A DNA stretch of 64,000 nucleotides from positions 3,313,914 to 3,377,913 of the forward strand of contig CM082597.2 in assembly GCA_040954595.2 (NCBI GenBank), written 5' to 3'. The DNA comes from Balanoglossus misakiensis (taxonomy: Eukaryota; Animalia; Hemichordata). This document shows positions 45,738 to 56,800 of the stretch, piece after piece (position 1 is the first letter of the stretch; each line of letters opens with the position of its first letter). The translations under genes were made by a program, and so were the position numbers. The notes beneath the pieces are model-generated. The model made no database searches and was not told where the DNA came from. It was given only the letters and a program-made list of their open reading frames with translations.

Positions 45738-47612
45738 TTAGAGAATGACGCAGGCCTTGCTATCTCTGACGTCACTGTCATCGCTGGTGACGGAGTTTGT
45801 GAATCGTTTCCGTCGCGGCATCTTTATTCCAGGGTCGCACGACTGTATCGCTTTTGCGCGTATGGCATCATCCTCCTCGCGCTCGTAGATGGTGACGAAC
45901 CTGTTGTAGTGGTCGGCGGCGACCAATCTGTAGGGGGTGCGCTTGGTCACCGCAACTCCGAAATAGTTGCTCCGGATGCCCGGATGTTTAGCAGATACCT
46001 GGTTCAGGTACAGGCCGTCTTCGCTGTACACGTGGATGCCCCTCTCACTGGTGACGTAAATGCTGTCCTGTGAGTCGGTAGCCACCCCTCTGGGGTATGA
46101 CAAGGTCTCGTTATCCAAAGAATTCTTTATCGAGAACTGGAAGTTGCCGGCAGAATCCAAAATTTGAACGCGGTGGTTGAGGTTGTCTGTCACCACTATG
46201 CATTTTTTGGTATTTATGGCCACGAACATTGGGTGGTTGAACTGGGCGTCACCGCTGCCGAACGAACCAATCGCCTGGAGAAAGCGACCTTGTAAAGAAT
46301 AAACTTTAACGCAATGTTCGCCATAACTTACAGCATAGATAAAACCTTTCTCGTCGTTTAAAGCTAGTCCAATTGGTTCAGAAATGTCGTCTATCGCCCT
46401 GTCAATATTGCCTTTGAAATCTAAAATCAGTATGCGGTTATTCCGACCGTCGGATACGAAGATTTTCTTATTGCGGGTGACGACAAGCCCCTTTGGATCA
46501 AAGTCCCTGATTTTTGGTGTGACGCTCGAAATATGCGTGCCGTACTGGTCGAAAAGTTGCAGTACGTTGTTGCCGTTGTCGGAGACGAGGATATCGTTGT
46601 TATGACATATTGCGACGTCATAAGGATTGCGCAGATTCGGTCTGTTGGTGGAGGACGGAAAAGTCAACTTCTCGCGATATCTGGCCGGAAACAGCAACGA
46701 GCTGCAGTCGCGGCAGTGGCCGAGATCTTCCGTCGTCGACTTCTTGAGAAATTCCTCATTACTGGTGAATTTCAAATAACGCTCCGACTGTGTCTTGTAT
46801 ATGGGTATTGGAACACTGCATATTCGCTTTAGTTTCTCTTTCGCGTCTTTTTCGTGATCGACAAAACCGACTTCATTGCTGTCTTCGATTAAAAGCATGG
46901 TGTGATGTTGGTTATTTTCGACCGCTGTCAGCGACTCTGACCAGTCTCTTCGCAGCTGTCTTATGTCGTTCAACTGTTTGGTGCATTTTCTTTCCAGGTC
47001 GTTGATGAGTGTGATTCTCTGCGTTTCCACCATGTGGATTTGTCTCTGCGCCCTCTCGTTAATTTCTGCCCTGGTTGTCGCCAGCTCGCTCTCAAGCCGT
47101 CCCTCCAACTGCCTCAACTGCGTGACGTTGTCGGTTATCCGGTGCTTGGCTTCGTCCGCTCGTCGGCAAATGCCGCGCAGCTCCGTCCGGCGGCTGCGGA
47201 CGACATCGGCCAGGCATTCGTGGTGGTGATCGGGATGATGGCGCAAGCACTCGTAGCAGATCGCCTGCTCGCAGGTGAAACAGTATACATCGCGCGGGCG
47301 CCGGTGGGTTGTGCACGACAGCGACGGATGTAACGTCGAGGAACTCTGTCGGCTTGTGCTTGGCTGGATCAATCCTATCAGGGCATTTGCATAATGGTCG
47401 TCAGGGAAACCATCCACCCCATCGGAGGAGACGGTACTCACAACTTTACAGCTGGGGCAGGAAATTCGGTTTCCACGGAAGCTTCTTCTGATACAGATGA
47501 GACAGAAGCTATGGGTGCAGGGAAGCTCCTTGGGCGTTTCCAATCTATGGTGACAAATCAAACACTGAATTCTCTCCTCCACTTCCTCCTTGCTTACAAA
47601 GTTCGATGCCAT
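45738..47612 (-). CDS. TRIM-NHL E3 ligase (RING, B-box2, coiled coil, NHL beta-propeller; no evident filamin domain) with a C-terminal CaaX motif, 624 aa
   Basis: RING: CLIC...LPCTHSFCLIC...CPSC. B-box: CTTH...YCFTCEQAICYECLRHHPDH. A coiled coil follows, then about six NHL repeats (PYDVAI, PKGLVV, PIGLAL, GSFGSGDAQFNHPMFVAI...DNLNHRVQI, YPRGVATDS). The protein ends SKACVIL*, and the CDS has no introns. Confidence 0.92.
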   Translation of the reverse strand: MASNFVSKEEVEERIQCLICHHRLETPKELPCTHSFCLICIRRSFRGNRISCPSCKVVSTVSSDGVDGFPDDHYANALIGLIQPSTSRQSSSTLHPSLSCTTHRRPRDVYCFTCEQAICYECLRHHPDHHHECLADVVRSRRTELRGICRRADEAKHRITDNVTQLRQLEGRLESELATTRAEINERAQRQIHMVETQRITLINDLERKCTKQLNDIRQLRRDWSESLTAVENNQHHTMLLIEDSNEVGFVDHEKDAKEKLKRICSVPIPIYKTQSERYLKFTSNEEFLKKSTTEDLGHCRDCSSLLFPARYREKLTFPSSTNRPNLRNPYDVAICHNNDILVSDNGNNVLQLFDQYGTHISSVTPKIRDFDPKGLVVTRNKKIFVSDGRNNRILILDFKGNIDRAIDDISEPIGLALNDEKGFIYAVSYGEHCVKVYSLQGRFLQAIGSFGSGDAQFNHPMFVAINTKKCIVVTDNLNHRVQILDSAGNFQFSIKNSLDNETLSYPRGVATDSQDSIYVTSERGIHVYSEDGLYLNQVSAKHPGIRSNYFGVAVTKRTPYRLVAADHYNRFVTIYEREEDDAIRAKAIQSCDPGIKMPRRKRFTNSVTSDDSDVRDSKACVIL

Positions 47613-47864
47613 GGAAACGGTGCCTTTTCTTCCATTTCACTAAAAAAGAAACGGTCAAAAGAGAGAAGATGACACAAACGACACAGTCATGACATATTCA
47701 TAATTGAATTAAGTCTGGGTTCAATTTCTTGTCTCGTCCCTGGGCCATTAATTTTGGCTAGAAATGTAAATTCGCTAAATTAAGTTGCCGGTACCTCCGT
47801 AAGCGTTGGATTCGAAAAGTTCTCGACTTCGCGAGTTTTGGTGTTTTGTCTTATTTTCGACTAT

Positions 47865-50800
47865 TTCATGGGTTATACATCATGTTAAAACATGGCCCAA
47901 AAATCAATATTTGCCATATCGAAAATTTGTCATTTTTTGAAAAAAATCATGATGTATAACCCATGAAAAATGTCCAAAAGTGCCCAAAAAATCAATATTC
48001 GCCAAATCGAAAATTTGTCATTTTTTGAAAAAAATCATGATGTATAACCCATGAAAAATGTTCAAATCGGCCGAAAATCTCGAAATTCGGCAACTCGAAA
48101 ATTCGCGGTTTTTCGACAAAAACCATGATGGTTAACCCATGAAAAATGTTCAAATCGGCCGAAAATCTCGAAATTCGGCAACTCGAAAATTCGCGGTTTT
48201 TCGACAAAAACCATGATGGTTAACCCATGAAAAATGTTCAAATCGGCCGAAAATCTCGAAATTCGGCAACTCGAAAATTCGCGGTTTTTCGACAAAAACC
48301 ATGATGGTTAACCCATGAAAAATGTTCAAATCGGCCGAAAATCTCGAAATTCGGCAACTCGAAAATTCGCGGTTTTTCGACAAAAACCATGATGGTTAAC
48401 CCATGAAAAATGTTCAAATCGGCCGAAAATCTCGAAATTCGGCAACTCGAAAATTCGCGGTTTTTCGACAAAAACCATGATGGTTAACCCATGAAAAATG
48501 TTCAAATCGGCCGAAAATCTCGAAATTCGGCAACTCGAAAATTCGCGGTTTTTCGACAAAAACCATGATGGTTAACCCATGAAAAATGTTCAAATCGGCC
48601 GAAAATCTCGAAATTCGGCAACTCGAAAATTCGCGGTTTTTCGACAAAAACCATGATGGTTAACCCATGAAAAATGTTCAAATCGGCCGAAAATCTCGAA
48701 ATTCGGCAACTCGAAAATTGGCGGTTTTTCGACAAAAACCATGATGGTTAACCCATGAAAAATGTTCAAATCGGCCGAAAATCTCGAAATTCGGCAACTC
48801 GAAAATTCGCGGTTTTTCGACAAAAACCATGATGGTTAACCCATGAAAAATGTTCAAATCGGCCGAAAATCTCGAAATTCGGCAACTCGAAAATTCGCGG
48901 TTTTTCGACAAAAACCATGATGGTTAACCCATGAAAAATGTTCAAATCGGCCGAAAATCTCGAAATTCGGCAACTCGAAAATTCGCGGTTTTTCGACAAA
49001 AACCATGATGGTTAACCCATGAAAAATGTTCAAATCGGCCGAAAATCTCGAAATTCGGCAACTCGAAAATTCGCGGTTTTTCGACAAAAACCATGATGGT
49101 TAACCCATGAAAAATGTTCAAATCGGCCGAAAATCTCGAAATTCGGCAACTCGAAAATTCGCGGTTTTTCGACAAAAACCATGATGGTTAACCCATGAAA
49201 AATGTTCAAATCGGCCGAAAATCTCGAAATTCGGCAACTCGAAAATTCGCGGTTTTTCGACAAAAACCATGATGGTTAACCCATGAAAAATGTTCAAATC
49301 GGCCGAAAATCTCGAAATTCGGCAACTCGAAAATTCGCGGTTTTTCGACAAAAACCATGATGGTTAACCCATGAAAAATGTTCAAATCGGCCGAAAATCT
49401 CGAAATTCGGCAACTCGAAAATTCGCGGTTTTTCGACAAAAACCATGATGGTTAACCCATGAAAAATGTTCAAATCGGCCGAAAATCTCGAAATTCGGCA
49501 ACTCGAAAATTCGCGGTTTTTCGACAAAAACCATGATGGTTAACCCATGAAAAATGTTCAAATCGGCCGAAAATCTCGAAATTCGGCAACTCGAAAATTC
49601 GCGGTTTTTCGACAAAAACCATGATGGTTAACCCATGAAAAATGTTCAAATCGGCCGAAAATCTCGAAATTCGGCAACTCGAAAATTCGCGGTTTTTCGA
49701 CAAAAACCATGATGGTTAACCCATGAAAAATGTTCAAATCGGCCGAAAATCTCGAAATTCGGCAACTCGAAAATTCGCGGTTTTTCGACAAAAACCATGA
49801 TGGTTAACCCATGAAAAATGTTCAAATCGGCCGAAAATCTCGAAATTCGGCAACTCGAAAATTCGCGGTTTTTCGACAAAAACCATGATGGTTAACCCAT
49901 GAAAAATGTTCAAATCGGCCGAAAATCTCGAAATTCGGCAACTCGAAAATTCGCGGTTTTTCGACAAAAACCATGATGGTTAACCCATGAAAAATGTTCA
50001 AATCGGCCGAAAATCTCGAAATTCGGCAACTCGAAAATTGGCGGTTTTTCGACAAAAACCATGATGGTTAACCCATGAAAAATGTTCAAATCGGCCGAAA
50101 ATCTCGAAATTCGGCAACTCGAAAATTCGCGGTTTTTCGACAAAAACCATGATGGTTAACCCATGAAAAATGTTCAAATCGGCCGAAAATCTCGAAATTC
50201 GGCAACTCGAAAATTCGCGGTTTTTCGACAAAAACCATGATGGTTAACCCATGAAAAATGTTCAAATCGGCCGAAAATCTCGAAATTCGGCAACTCGAAA
50301 ATTCGCGGATTTTCGACAAAAACCATGATGGTTAACCCATGAAAAATGTTCAAATCGGCCGAAAATCTCGAAATTCGGCAACTCGAAAATTCGCGGTTTT
50401 TCGACAAAAACCATGATGGTTAACCCATGAAAAATGTTCAAATCGGCCGAAAATCTCGAAATTCGGCAACTCGAAAATTCGCGGTTTTTCGACAAAAACC
50501 ATGATGGTTAACCCATGGAAAATGTTCAAATCGGCCGAAAATCTCGAAATTCGGCAACTCGAAAATTCGCGGTTTTTCGACAAAAACCATTATGGTTAAC
50601 CCATGAAAAATGTTCAAATCGGCCGAAAGTCTCGAAATTCGGCAACTCGAAAATTCGCGGTTTTTCGACAAAAACCATGATGGTTAACCCATGAAAAATG
50701 TTCAAATCGGCCGAAAATCTCGAAATTCGGCAACTCGAAAATTCGCGGTTTTTCGACAAAAACCATGATGGATAACCCATGAAAAATGTTCAAATCGGCC

Positions 50801-53800
50801 GAAAATCTCGAAATTCGGCAACTCGAAAATTCGCGGTTTTTCGACAAAAACCATGATGGATAACCCATGAAAAATGTTCAAATCGGCCGAAAATCTCGAA
50901 ATTCGGCAACTCGAAAATTCGCGGTTTTCGACAAAAACCATGATGGTTAACCCATGAAAAATGTTCAAATCGGCCGAAAATCTCGAAATTCGGCAACTCG
51001 AAAATTCGCGGTTTTCGACAAAAACCATGATGGTTAACCCATGAAAAATGTTCAAATCGGCCGAAAATCTCGAAATTCGGCAACTCGAAAATTCGCGGTT
51101 TTTCGACAAAAACCATGATGGTTAACCCATGAAAAATGTTCAAATCGGCCGAAAATCTCGAAATTCGGCAACTCGAAAATTCGCGGTTTTTCGACAAAAA
51201 CCATGATGGTTAACCCATGAAAAATGTTCAAATCGGCCGAAAATCTCGAAATTCGGCAACTCGAAAATTCGCGGTTTTTCGACAAAAACCATGATGGTTA
51301 ACCCATGAAAAATGTTCAAATCGGCCGAAAATCTCGAAATTCGGCAACTCGAAAATTCGCGGTTTTTCGACAAAAACCATGATGGTTAACCCATGAAAAA
51401 TGTTCAAATCGGCCGAAAATCTCGAAATTCGGCAACTCGAAAATTCGCGGTTTTTCGACAAAAACCATGATGGTTAACCCATGAAAAATGTTCAAATCGG
51501 CCGAAAATCTCGAAATTCGGCAACTCGAAAATTCGCGGTTTTTCGACAAAAACCATGATGGTTAACCCATGAAAAATGTTCAAATCGGCCGAAAATCTCG
51601 AAATTCGGCAACTCGAAAATTCGCGGTTTTTCGACAAAAACCATGATGGTTAACCCATGAAAAATGTTCAAATCGGCCGAAAATCTCGAAATTCGGCAAC
51701 TCGAAAATTCGCGGTTTTTCGACAAAAACCATGATGGTTAACCCATGAAAAATGTTCAAATCGGCCGAAAATCTCGAAATTCGGCAACTCGAAAATTCGC
51801 GGTTTTTCGACAAAAACCATGATGGTTAACCCATGAAAAATGTTCAAATCGGCCGAAAATCTCGAAATTCGGCAACTCGAAAATTGGCGGTTTTTCGACA
51901 AAAACCATGATGGTTAACCCATGAAAAATGTTCAAATCGGCCGAAAATCTCGAAATTCGGCAACTCGAAAATTCGCGGTTTTTCGACAAAAACCATGATG
52001 GTTAACCCATGAAAAATGTTCAAATCGGCCGAAAATCTCGAAATTCGGCAACTCGAAAATTCGCGGTTTTTCGACAAAAACCATGATGGTTAACCCATGA
52101 AAAATGTTCAAATCGGCCGAAAATCTCGAAATTCGGCAACTCGAAAATTCGCGGTTTTTCGACAAAAACCATGATGGTTAACCCATGAAAAATGTTCAAA
52201 TCGGCCGAAAATCTCGAAATTCGGCAACTCGAAAATTCGCGGTTTTTCGACAAAAACCATGATGGTTAACCCATGAAAAATGTTCAAATCGGCCGAAAAT
52301 CTCGAAATTCGGCAACTCGAAAATTCGCGGTTTTTCGACAAAAACCATGATGGTTAACCCATGAAAAATGTTCAAATCGGCCGAAAATCTCGAAATTCGG
52401 CAACTCGAAAATTCGCGGTTTTTCGACAAAAACCATGATGGTTAACCCATGAAAAATGTTCAAATCGGCCGAAAATCTCGAAATTCGGCAACTCGAAAAT
52501 TCGCGGTTTTTCGACAAAAACCATGATGGTTAACCCATGAAAAATGTTCAAATCGGCCGAAAATCTCGAAATTCGGCAACTCGAAAATTCGCGGTTTTTC
52601 GACAAAAACCATGATGGTTAACCCATGAAAAATGTTCAAATCGGCCGAAAATCTCGAAATTCGGCAACTCGAAAATTCGCGGTTTTTCGACAAAAACCAT
52701 GATGGTTAACCCATGAAAAATGTTCAAATCGGCCGAAAATCTCGAAAATCGGCAACTCGAAAATTCGCGGTTTTTCGACAAAAACCATGATGGTTAACCC
52801 ATGAAAAATGTTCAAATCGGCCGAAAATCTCGAAATTCGGCAACTCGAAAATTCGCGGTTTTTCGACAAAAACCATGATGGTTAACCCATGAAAAATGTT
52901 CAAATCGGCCGAAAATCTCGAAATTCGGCAACTCGAAAATTCGCGGTTTTTCGACAAAAACCATGATGGTTAACCCATGAAAAATGTTCAAATCGGCCGA
53001 AAATCTCGAAATTCGGCAACTCGAAAATTCGCGGTTTTTCGACAAAAACCATGATGGTTAACCCATGAAAAATGTTCAAATCGGCCGAAAATCTCGAAAT
53101 TCGGCAACTCGAAAATTCGCGGTTTTTCGACAAAAACCATGATGGTTAACCCATGAAAAATGTTCAAATCGGCCGAAAATCTCGAAATTCGGCAACTCGA
53201 AAATTCGCGGTTTTTCGACAAAAACCATGATGGTTAACCCATGAAAAATGTTCAAATCGGCCGAAAATCTCGAAATTCGGCAACTCGAAAATTCGCGGTT
53301 TTTCGACAAAAACCATGATGGTTAACCCATGAAAAATGTTCAAATCGGCCGAAAATCTCGAAATTCGGCAACTCGAAAATTCGCGGTTTTTCGACAAAAA
53401 CCATGATGGTTAACCCATGAAAAATGTTCAAATCGGCCGAAAATCTCGAAATTCGGCAACTCGAAAATTCGCGGTTTTTCGACAAAAACCTTGATGGTTA
53501 ACCCATGAAAAAGGCTGTTCAAATCGGCCGAAAATCCCGAAATTCGGCAACTCGAAAATTCGCGGTTTTTCGACAAAAACCATGATGGTTAACCCATGAA
53601 AAATGTTCAAATCGGCCGAAAATCCCGAAATTCGGCAACTCGAAAATTCGCGGTTTTTCGACAAAAACCATGATGGTTAACCCATGAAAAATGTTCAAAT
53701 CGGTCGAAAAATCTCGAAATTCGGCAACTCGAAAATTCGCGGTTTTTCGACAAAAACCATGATGGTTAACCCATGAAAAATGTTCAAATCGGCCGAAAAT

Positions 53801-56800
53801 CTCGAAATTCGGCAACTCGAAAATTCGCGGTTTTTCGACAAAAACCATGATGGTTAACCCATGAAAAATGTTCAAATCGGCCGAAAATCTCGAAATTCGG
53901 CAACTCGAAAATTCGCGGTTTTTCGACAAAAACCATGATGGTTAACCCATGAAAAATGTTCAAATCGGCCGAAATCTCGAAATTCGGCAACTCGAAAATT
54001 CGCGGTTTTTCGACAAAAACCATGATGGTTAACCCATGAAAAATGTTCAAATCGGCCGAAAATCTCGAAATTCGGCAACTCGAAAATTCGCGGTTTTTCG
54101 ACAAAAACCATGATGGTTAACCCATGAAAAATGTTCAAATCGGCCGAAAATCTCGAAATTCGGCAACTCGAAAATTCGCGGTTTTTCGACAAAAACCATG
54201 ATGGTTAACCCATGAAAAATGTTCAAATCGGCCGAAAATCTCGAAATTCGGCAACTCGAAAATTCGCGGTTTTTCGACAAAAACCATGATGGTTAACCCA
54301 TGAAAAATGTTCAAATCGGCCGAAAATCTCGAAATTCGGCAACTCGAAAATTCGCGGTTTTTCGACAAAAACCATGATGGTTAACCCATGAAAAATGTTC
54401 AAATCGGCCGAAAATCTCGAAATTCGGCAACTCGAAAATTCGCGGTTTTTCGACAAAAACCATGATGGTTAACCCATGAAAAATGTTCAAATCGGCCGAA
54501 AATCTCGAAATTCGGCAACTCGAAAATTCGCGGTTTTTCGACAAAAACCATGATGGTTAACCCATGAAAAATGTTCAAATCGGCCGAAAATCTCGAAATT
54601 CGGCAACTCGAAAATTGGCGGTTTTTCGACAAAAACCATGATGGTTAACCCATGAAAAATGTTCAAATCGGCCGAAAATCCCGAAATTCGGCAACTCGAA
54701 AATTCGCGGTTTTTCGACAAAAACCATGATGGTTAACCCATGAAAAATGTTCAAATCGGCCGAAAATCCCGAAATTCGGCAACTCGAAAATTCGCGGTTT
54801 TTCGACAAAAACCATGATGGTTAACCCATGAAAAATGTTCAAATCGGTCGAAAATCTCGAAATTCGGCAACTCGAAAATTCGCGGTTTTTCGACAAAAAC
54901 CATGATGGTTAACCCATGAAAAATGTTCAAATCGGCCGAAAATCTCGAAATTCGGCAACTCGAAAATTCGCGGTTTTTCGACAAAAACCATGATGGTTAA
55001 CCCATGAAAAATGTTCAAATCGGCCGAAAATCTCGAAATTCGGCAACTCGAAAATTCGCGGTTTTTCGACAAAAACCATGATGGTTAACCCATGAAAAAT
55101 GTTCAAATCGGCCGAAAATCTCGAAATTCGGCAACTCGAAAATTCGCGGTTTTTCGACAAAAACCATGATGGTTAACCCATGAAAAATGTTCAAATCGGC
55201 CGAAAATCTCGAAATTCGGCAACTCGAAAATTCGTGGTTTTTCGACAAAAACCATGATGGTTAACCCATTGAAAATGTTCAAATCGGCCGAAAATCTCGA
55301 AATTCGGCAACTCGAAAATTCGCGGTTTTTCGACAAAAACCATGATGGTTAACCCATGAAAAATGTTCAAATCGGCCGAAAATCTCGAAATTCGGCAACT
55401 CGAAAATTCGCGGTTTTTCGACAAAAACCATGATGGTTAACCCATGAAAAATGTTCAAATCGGCCGAAAATCTCGAAATTCGGCAACTCGAAAATTGGCG
55501 GTTTTTCGACAAAAACCATGATGGTTAACCCATGAAAAATGTTCAAATCGGCCGAAAATCTCGAAATTCGGCAACTCGAAAATTCGCGGTTTTTCGACAA
55601 AAACCATGATGGTTAACCCATGAAAAATGTTCAAATCGGCCGAAAATCTCGAAATTCGGCAACTCGAAAATTCGCGGTTTTTCGACAAAAACCATGATGG
55701 TTAACCCATGAAAAATGTTCAAATCGGCCGAAAATCTCGAAATTCGGCAACTCGAAAATTCGCGGTTTTTCGACAAAAACCATGATGGTTAACCCATGAA
55801 AAATGTTCAAATCGGCCGAAAATCTCGAAATTCGGCAACTCGAAAATTCGCGGTTTTTCGACAAAAACCATGATGGTTAACCCATGAAAAATGTTCAAAT
55901 CGGCCGAAAATCTCGAAATTCGGCAACTCGAAAATTCGCGGTTTTTCGACAAAAACCATGATGGTTAACCCATGAAAAATGTTCAAATCGGCCGAAAATC
56001 TCGAAATTCGGCAACTCGAAAATTCGCGGTTTTTCGACAAAAACCATGATGGTTAACCCATGAAAAATGTTCAAATCGGCCGAAAATCTCGAAATTCGGC
56101 AACTCGAAAATTCGCGGTTTTTCGACAAAAACCATGATGGTTAACCCATGAAAAATGTTCAAATCGGCCGAAAATCCCGAAATTCGGCAACTCGAAAATT
56201 CGCGGTTTTTCGACAAAAACCATGATGGTTAACCCATGAAAAATGTTCAAATCGGCCGAAAATCCCGAAATTCGGCAACTCGAAAATTCGCGGTTTTTCG
56301 ACAAAAACCATGATGGTTAACCCATGAAAAATGTTCAAATCGGTCGAAATCTCGAAATTCGGCAACTCGAAAATTCGCGGTTTTTCGACAAAAACCATGA
56401 TGGTTAACCCATGAAAAATGTTCAAATCGGCCGAAAATCTCGAAATTCGGCAACTCGAAAATTCGCGGTTTTTCGACAAAAACCATGATGGTTAACCCAT
56501 GAAAAATGTTCAAATCGGCCGAAAATCTCGAAATTCGGCAACTCGAAAATTGGCGGTTTTTCGACAAAAACCATGATGGTTAACCCATGAAAAATGTTCA
56601 AATCGGCCGAAAATCTCGAAATTCGGCAACTCGAAAATTCGCGGTTTTTCGACAAAAACCATGATGGTTAACCCATGAAAAATGTTCAAATCGGCCGAAA
56701 ATCTCGAAATTCGGCAACTCGAAAATTCGCGGTTTTTCGACAAAAACCATGATGGTTAACCCATGAAAAATGTTCAAATCGGCCGAAAATCTCGAAATTC

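Noticed and set aside
48118-48140. Satellite derived from the piggyBac-like MITE (shared aaaccatgRtggt and ttaaccc)
   Set aside because: The match is only ~13 bp plus a 7-mer, and the rest of the monomer does not align.
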